Shown piece by piece: positions 59,291 through 64,000 of a DNA stretch of 64,000 nucleotides. How positions within the stretch are numbered: position 1 is the first letter of the stretch; each line of letters starts with the position of its first letter. Under the pieces are notes generated by a model. It saw only the letters and a list, made by a program, of their open reading frames with translations, made no database searches and had not been told where the DNA came from. Location of the stretch: the IMG/VR virus record IMGVR_UViG_3300042469_000981; one strand, 5' to 3'. Made by a program: the position numbers and the translations under genes. The DNA comes from a virus.

Positions 59291-60155
59291 CTAATACTGA
59301 AGATACGTACTCTTTTACATATTCCCAAGTTACTGGTCCAAATTCATCAGCATAGTTTACAGGATCTTTTTTACCTAACTTAAGAAATGCTTCTACACGT
59401 TCAACTGATGATGCTGATTTATAATCTGAAAACCATTCTGGTGATGGGTTTCCATAATTATCAAACACTAAATGAATCATTGGTTTGTAACTTGTGTTTG
59501 TACGGCTATAAACCTCATCAAAATCAATGCCTAGTTGTTCACAACATAATTCACCATCTTTTAAAATAGAAAATTTATTTCCTTCCATATACGGAACATA
59601 ATAATTTACTAAATGTGAATCCCAGTTACCTGTTTTAAACGCTACTTCATCTGCTTTTCTCCATTCATCTGTACAATCAGGATAAACTGAATGGTCACCA
59701 CTATGTACGCCTAAAGCAATAACACATTCTGTGTTTTTAGAATTAGCAATAGATAAAGCTACAGCTTGAGTAATAGATGAAAAGATTTTATTACGATTAG
59801 GAACTACAGTTGCCTTCATATTTTCTTCAGCATAGTGACCTTCAGGTACTTCATCTCCTCCGGTTACAAGTGCTGAATTAAGTAATTGGGACAAACCATC
59901 TAATTTAATTACTTGATAATTAATTTTTGGAAAATGATGCATGATAACTTCTGTTGTATCATTTTTGTACTTAGTTTCATCAGCTTTACTATTTAAATAG
60001 TTAACTAAATCTTGAGCACGTTCAAGTTCAACTGAGTGTTTTTGCCCATAATCAAAGGATAGTGCTGTAACTTCATAACCATTGGCGAGTAGATGAAGCA
60101 GCAAGGTAGAGCTATCCATTCCTCCACTTAGTGATAATACTGCTTGTTTTGTCAT
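59268..60155 (-). CDS. queC: 7-cyano-7-deazaguanine synthase
   Basis: SGGMDS, FDYGQKH..EL, VPNRN, GVHSGD...YPDC. Confidence 0.92.
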   Translation of the reverse strand: MTKQAVLSLSGGMDSSTLLLHLLANGYEVTALSFDYGQKHSVELERAQDLVNYLNSKADETKYKNDTTEVIMHHFPKINYQVIKLDGLSQLLNSALVTGGDEVPEGHYAEENMKATVVPNRNKIFSSITQAVALSIANSKNTECVIALGVHSGDHSVYPDCTDEWRKADEVAFKTGNWDSHLVNYYVPYMEGNKFSILKDGELCCEQLGIDFDEVYSRTNTSYKPMIHLVFDNYGNPSPEWFSDYKSASSVERVEAFLKLGKKDPVNYADEFGPVTWEYVKEYVSSVLDDYEKTV

Positions 60156-60285
60156 AGTTTTGTTTTATTTGCTAATCTACGTAACTGTTCTAAATTAGAC
60201 AAGCTTAGGCGAAAACGATTTTCCCAAATAGCATCTAGTACTTTTTTAATTTCAGCTTCATAAGCTGGATTAATATCTATTTTTT

Positions 60286-60474
60286 TCATTTGTTAAAATA
60301 TTCGTTTAAAAATGATTTAGGGTACATTACAATTTTACCTTTATAAACAGGATTTGATACTTGTTTAATAGTTGTAACAATTTTTTTAGCAGTTGCAGCT
60401 GCAAAAACATCTTTACCTAGTTCTTGACCTGCTGCCTTGCCTAAGTAATCATAAAGTGATAACATTTCTTCCAT
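60286..60474 (-). CDS. Hypothetical protein
   Basis: LSLYDYLGKAAG...YPKSFL. Confidence 0.55.
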   Translation of the reverse strand: MEEMLSLYDYLGKAAGQELGKDVFAAATAKKIVTTIKQVSNPVYKGKIVMYPKSFLNEYFNK

Positions 60475-60477
60475 AAC

Positions 60478-60963
60478 TTATTTTTTTAAATATATTTTTT
60501 CTTTAGTGCCTGCTGTTTGGTCATACCATTGTTCTTTATTCATGTCATACCATCTATAAGGTAATTCTGGGTTATCATTCCAACCATGAGCTCCATAGTA
60601 AACAGCGTCTTTTCTTAACAAATTTGCTCTGTGAGACTTATGAAATTCTTCATCTCCAAACCAAACAGGCATAACAATCTCTTCAGTAATAACCTCTTTT
60701 TTCATAGTATTATTTTTACCTCGAGCAACCCAAACGTCTATAGAGTCGTTTAAATATTGTTTTAACGCAGGTATGTTATTTCTGAACATTTGGCTTATAG
60801 GGTGGTTAACTCGGCTTTTAGAATATGCTTTACCAGTCAGTGTTGGTCTACCTTCTAGACCAGCAATTAACTGATAAGTTTCTACTCGTTGTTTACCTAA
60901 ACGTTTATCATCTAGAGATTCAAGTGATGTTTTAAAGTCGGGGTATGGGAGAAATACTTGCAT
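60478..60963 (-). CDS. Pyrimidine-dimer DNA glycosylase/endonuclease V-like (MSMEG_6728-type)
   Basis: MQVFLPY...LDDKRLGKQRVE..Q; NHP; SHRANLLRKD..Y. Confidence 0.8.
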   Translation of the reverse strand: MQVFLPYPDFKTSLESLDDKRLGKQRVETYQLIAGLEGRPTLTGKAYSKSRVNHPISQMFRNNIPALKQYLNDSIDVWVARGKNNTMKKEVITEEIVMPVWFGDEEFHKSHRANLLRKDAVYYGAHGWNDNPELPYRWYDMNKEQWYDQTAGTKEKIYLKK

Positions 60964-61739
60964 TATTTTAATAGTTTTCTAAACATTCTTAAATTCCAAT
61001 CAAGTAAGTTATAATCAATATCTGTAGTGTAAAAATTATGGTTCATATCTGATTTTGGTTTTTCAGTTAAACCATTTCTACCATATTGAATACCATCTAA
61101 AGTAGCCATAATTGGGTTTGATGTATCAATAGTTTCAATAAAAGGCATATCTTTATACCAACTGAATTCTTGTGGTACTTGACAGCCTAATAGATGTACT
61201 CTATCATTATCTACAATCAAACCCATATGATACATTCTACTTATTACCTCAATTCTACCTAATGCTTTAGCTAGATTTTCATTAGGATGATTAGAGTGAT
61301 TTAAATAATATTCAGCACCATATGAAAATGCTATCTTTTTATAACCTAAATCTTTATATGTTTGATAACATAAAACAGCATCTAAAAAGTTTTGAGCTTG
61401 AACAACTGCTACTTTAGTAACTTCTTTAGGTAATTTAATTTGAGTCCATTTTCTAGCATTAACAATAGAAGCATTTGTATCTTGCCAAACATCAGGAACA
61501 ATAAACTCATTAGGACGTAACTTATCTACCCAATATAATAGACCTGAATCATGGTATGCTGTTCCTAATTCATGGAGTGAATTATCTAAGATAATATAAC
61601 GACCTTGTTGTTTTGCTTTCATAAAGAAATCAACATAGTCTTTATCTTTATCTAAAAGATGAACTAAACAATAATCATAGTCATTAAAATCAAGACTATC
61701 TTCTAACAAACATAAGGGAACTTCATGACTTATTTTCAT
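60963..61739 (-). CDS. DpdA/TGT-like transglycosylase (candidate 7-deazaguanine DNA insertion enzyme)
   Basis: ILDNS..E, IVPDV, VAVVQ, VHLLG and IDTS motifs of the TGT barrel; adjacent to the que genes. Confidence 0.7.
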   Translation of the reverse strand: MKISHEVPLCLLEDSLDFNDYDYCLVHLLDKDKDYVDFFMKAKQQGRYIILDNSLHELGTAYHDSGLLYWVDKLRPNEFIVPDVWQDTNASIVNARKWTQIKLPKEVTKVAVVQAQNFLDAVLCYQTYKDLGYKKIAFSYGAEYYLNHSNHPNENLAKALGRIEVISRMYHMGLIVDNDRVHLLGCQVPQEFSWYKDMPFIETIDTSNPIMATLDGIQYGRNGLTEKPKSDMNHNFYTTDIDYNLLDWNLRMFRKLLK

Positions 61740-62453
61740 ATATTTACTTTTTTAGGTCTACCTCGTCTTTTAGGAGCTACTCTCCTAACATTGTATTTTG
61801 TACTAGCATAAAGATAATAATCCTTTACAGATGAGCCAAACAATTTAATCTCTTCTTCTACTAAAAGTTTATCAATTTCAAAATGATCATAAATAGCATC
61901 TATAAAATTCTCTAATTTAGAATCATCATCATTATAATGGTCTGTCATTAAACGCTCATATTTACTTAACAACAAACCGCCTCGTTTAGCTCTATCAAAT
62001 GGTTCTAAACCAGCATTGTCATTATCATATTTTTCCCAAAGTGCTGATTGTGCCATCCAAAAATAAGGAGATGGATCAAAGTCACCATTGTTTATTCTTT
62101 TTTCAATATGAGCAGACTTAGGTAGTGGTTTTGGAACATCATAATTTCTCCACCATCTAAATGGACTGTAATTAAGTTTTTTAAGTTGTGATAAGTGTTT
62201 TTGAATAACTTCTCTAGAATGCATATTAGAAACCTATTTCTTTTTGTAAATCATATATTTCTTTTTCTACCTCAGAATATACATTAAGATTTAAATAAGT
62301 ATCATTCCAATTATGATAAAATAAATATTCTTTAGCTGCTTTAGGCATAAATTCTTTAACCAATTGAGCTTCTTCAGCGGTTAAAACCTCTTTGTTGTAG
62401 AAAAGCTCCTGAGCGGCTTGGAAATCAATATGTTTTAGAGTTTTATAAATCAT
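61736..62453 (-). CDS. Two hypothetical genes (61736-62224 ending KRRGRPKK; 62226-62453)
   Basis: ORFs. Confidence 0.55.
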
Positions 62454-62475
62454 AACCTTTATTTTTATTATGCTA

Positions 62476-62507
62476 TAAATATAACATCAAAATCTAACAA
62501 GGCCAAA
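62476..62507 (-). promoter_or_regulatory. Promoter heading the dpdA/que block
   Basis: TTTG-N20-TATATTTA-TAGCATAATAA. Confidence 0.75.
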
Positions 62508-62514
62508 CAAGAGA

Positions 62515-63744
62515 TTAAAAATAAGTTATAGTATTATCATCTTTTTTAGACTGGAATTGTTTTGTTAGTAAGTCTTTTAGATTACTTACTTCATTTAAAA
62601 CTTTTTCTTTTTTCCAGTTTTCAGCTGTAGTAAAACTATTAGTTACATCTTCTAGTTTATTAATAGCTTCCATATACTGATTAAGTTGTTGAGTGTCTTT
62701 TATGTTTAGGTTAGCTGCTTTAGCTTCTTCCTCATCTATAATCCCATCATCATTAGTATCTGCTTTATCAAATACTTCTTTAAGTTCTTCTTCCTCAACA
62801 ATACCATCTCCATCTAAATCTAATTTATTTTTATAATATTCTTTATCTTTTTCTTTATAGATTTCATATTGTTTTTCTTCTTCCTCTAAAATATCATTTT
62901 CACCTAACTCAGCTTCTAACCATTCTTTATCTTCATCTGTTAGTTTGTTTATAGGTGTCTTACGTAATTGAGCAAATGCAAAGTTAGCGGCTATAACAAG
63001 AGCAATAGCTAATGGATCAAATACAAATATAATAACTAATATATACCAGTTAATGATTCGGTCCATAGTAACACCAGTAAGAGCACTTAAATATTTTAAA
63101 GGACCTAACTCACTAGTCGCTGTAGCATTAGTTTTAACTTCTAATATTTTAGACTCAATTGAAAAAATAGAGTCATTTATTATATCTAATTTAGAAGATA
63201 ATTTATCATCTGATTTAGAGGCATTCTCAATTTGTTTAATAGAAGCATTGTTAGATCTTACTACTAAATTACCTTTACGATCTGTAAATTGGGTTGTTGA
63301 TCCTTTAGATAAGCTACCTTTTAATTCAGATAAGGATTGTTTTTCTTGTAAAATACCTGCTCTAGTATTTTCATATAATTTCTTTTTAGTTTCTAAAGAT
63401 GCTACTCTAGAATCAACAATACTAGTTTGGTCAGCTGTTTTTTGGTAAGCTGAAGATAAATAACCATAGATACCCGCTGATGTAATTAATATTAAAATAA
63501 CAGCTGCTATAGTTAAATAAATTCTTAGTATTTTATTTAATTTATTCCAGTATTGATATAATAAAGAGGCAATTACTAATTTAGATATCTCTAAAGAAGA
63601 GGCCATAATCATCACAGCAGTACTAGCCCCAGCAAATAACATGCTGAGACCAGTAATACTATAAACGGCTGCGGACGCACTTACTGATAGTGCTGAAAGA
63701 GCAATTATGAATGGGAATACTCTTTCTTTGATTTTTTCAAACAT
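62515..63744 (-). CDS. Membrane protein (3 TM + coiled coil + TM) with an EF-hand pair
   Basis: TM helices; DLDGDGIVEEEE and DTNDDGIIDEEE loops. Confidence 0.7.
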   Translation of the reverse strand: MFEKIKERVFPFIIALSALSVSASAAVYSITGLSMLFAGASTAVMIMASSLEISKLVIASLLYQYWNKLNKILRIYLTIAAVILILITSAGIYGYLSSAYQKTADQTSIVDSRVASLETKKKLYENTRAGILQEKQSLSELKGSLSKGSTTQFTDRKGNLVVRSNNASIKQIENASKSDDKLSSKLDIINDSIFSIESKILEVKTNATATSELGPLKYLSALTGVTMDRIINWYILVIIFVFDPLAIALVIAANFAFAQLRKTPINKLTDEDKEWLEAELGENDILEEEEKQYEIYKEKDKEYYKNKLDLDGDGIVEEEELKEVFDKADTNDDGIIDEEEAKAANLNIKDTQQLNQYMEAINKLEDVTNSFTTAENWKKEKVLNEVSNLKDLLTKQFQSKKDDNTITYF

Positions 63745-63771
63745 AATCTTAAAAATTAAGCTGGTGAGAGC

Positions 63772-63951
63772 TTATTCGCTCTCACCTTTGCTTTTTTTCT
63801 TTTTGTAGTACTTACGTTTTGGTTTTGGGGCAGGAGATTCTTGAGCGGCTACCATTTCTTTCACTGTAGGTTTAACTTCCGCAGGAGCAGGAGTTTCAAC
63901 TACTTTACTTTTACCAAAAATTAAGTTTCTAAGTTTTTGTATAAGATTCAT
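63772..63951 (-). CDS. Small basic P/K-rich protein (59 aa, not in the track)
   Basis: MNLIQKLRNLIFG...PKPKRKYYKKKKSKGESE; preceded by ATATTTATA. Confidence 0.6.
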   Translation of the reverse strand: MNLIQKLRNLIFGKSKVVETPAPAEVKPTVKEMVAAQESPAPKPKRKYYKKKKSKGESE

Positions 63952-63963
63952 AATTATAAATAT

Positions 63964-64000
63964 TTACACTATTTCACAAGCACCTCCAGCACAAGCTGCT
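63964..64000 (-). CDS. 3' end of a class II ribonucleotide reductase (NrdJ-type)
   Basis: C-terminal AACAGGACEIV* with the characteristic Cys pair. Confidence 0.75.
   Translation of the reverse strand, partial: AACAGGACEIV

Noticed and set aside
55528-61739. Queuosine tRNA modification or folate AMG interpretation
   Set aside because: No queF or queA is present, the TGT-like protein lacks the C-terminal zinc domain of tRNA TGT, and the phage context favours DNA modification. This is not formally excluded.
4033-63448. Plus-strand ORFs in the track (for example 4033, 5087, 9527, 11509, 18003, 18472, 25274, 47341, 50222, 63053)
   Set aside because: Almost all lie antisense to minus-strand genes or tRNAs, lack motifs, and have no plus-strand promoter. 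They are shadow ORFs.
1-64000. Stop-codon reassignment
   Set aside because: Conserved genes translate full length in code 11, coding density is high, and there is no suppressor tRNA.
1-64000. Bacterial chromosome or integrated prophage
   Set aside because: Despite groEL, thyA and que genes, the window has a T4-like replisome, an endolysin, single-strand gene packing, and no rRNA, integrase or host housekeeping operons.

Overview
This 64 kb window is part of a large, AT-rich, lytic-type tailed phage genome with a T4-like replisome. The host is very probably a Bacteroidota member, based on type IX secretion C-terminal domains and 22 TTG-N20-TATATT[TAC]A promoters that resemble Bacteroidota -33/-7 promoters. 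All credible genes lie on the minus strand. From left to right: a lysis cassette (GH19 endolysin, holin candidates); an exported-protein operon (CsgG-like lipoprotein, C-type lectin-dockerin protein, T9SS-tagged cohesin/dockerin protein, HExxH protein); 7 tRNAs with structured spacers; DUF932; a MoxR AAA/vWA module; a palindrome-bounded early region; many small hypothetical genes; RadA-like ATPase; thyA with a free-standing homing endonuclease; a glycosyltransferase cluster; Cas4-like nuclease, clamp loader, GroEL/GroES, sliding clamp and family B polymerase; a repeat-linked mini-gene array; a 7-deazaguanine cluster (folE, hpt, queE, queD, queC, DpdA/TGT-like); an EF-hand membrane protein; and the 3' end of a class II ribonucleotide reductase. 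The most novel-looking element is the apparent cohesin-dockerin, T9SS-exported lectin complex next to the lysis genes. All functional calls come from motif recognition by eye; no database searches were run.
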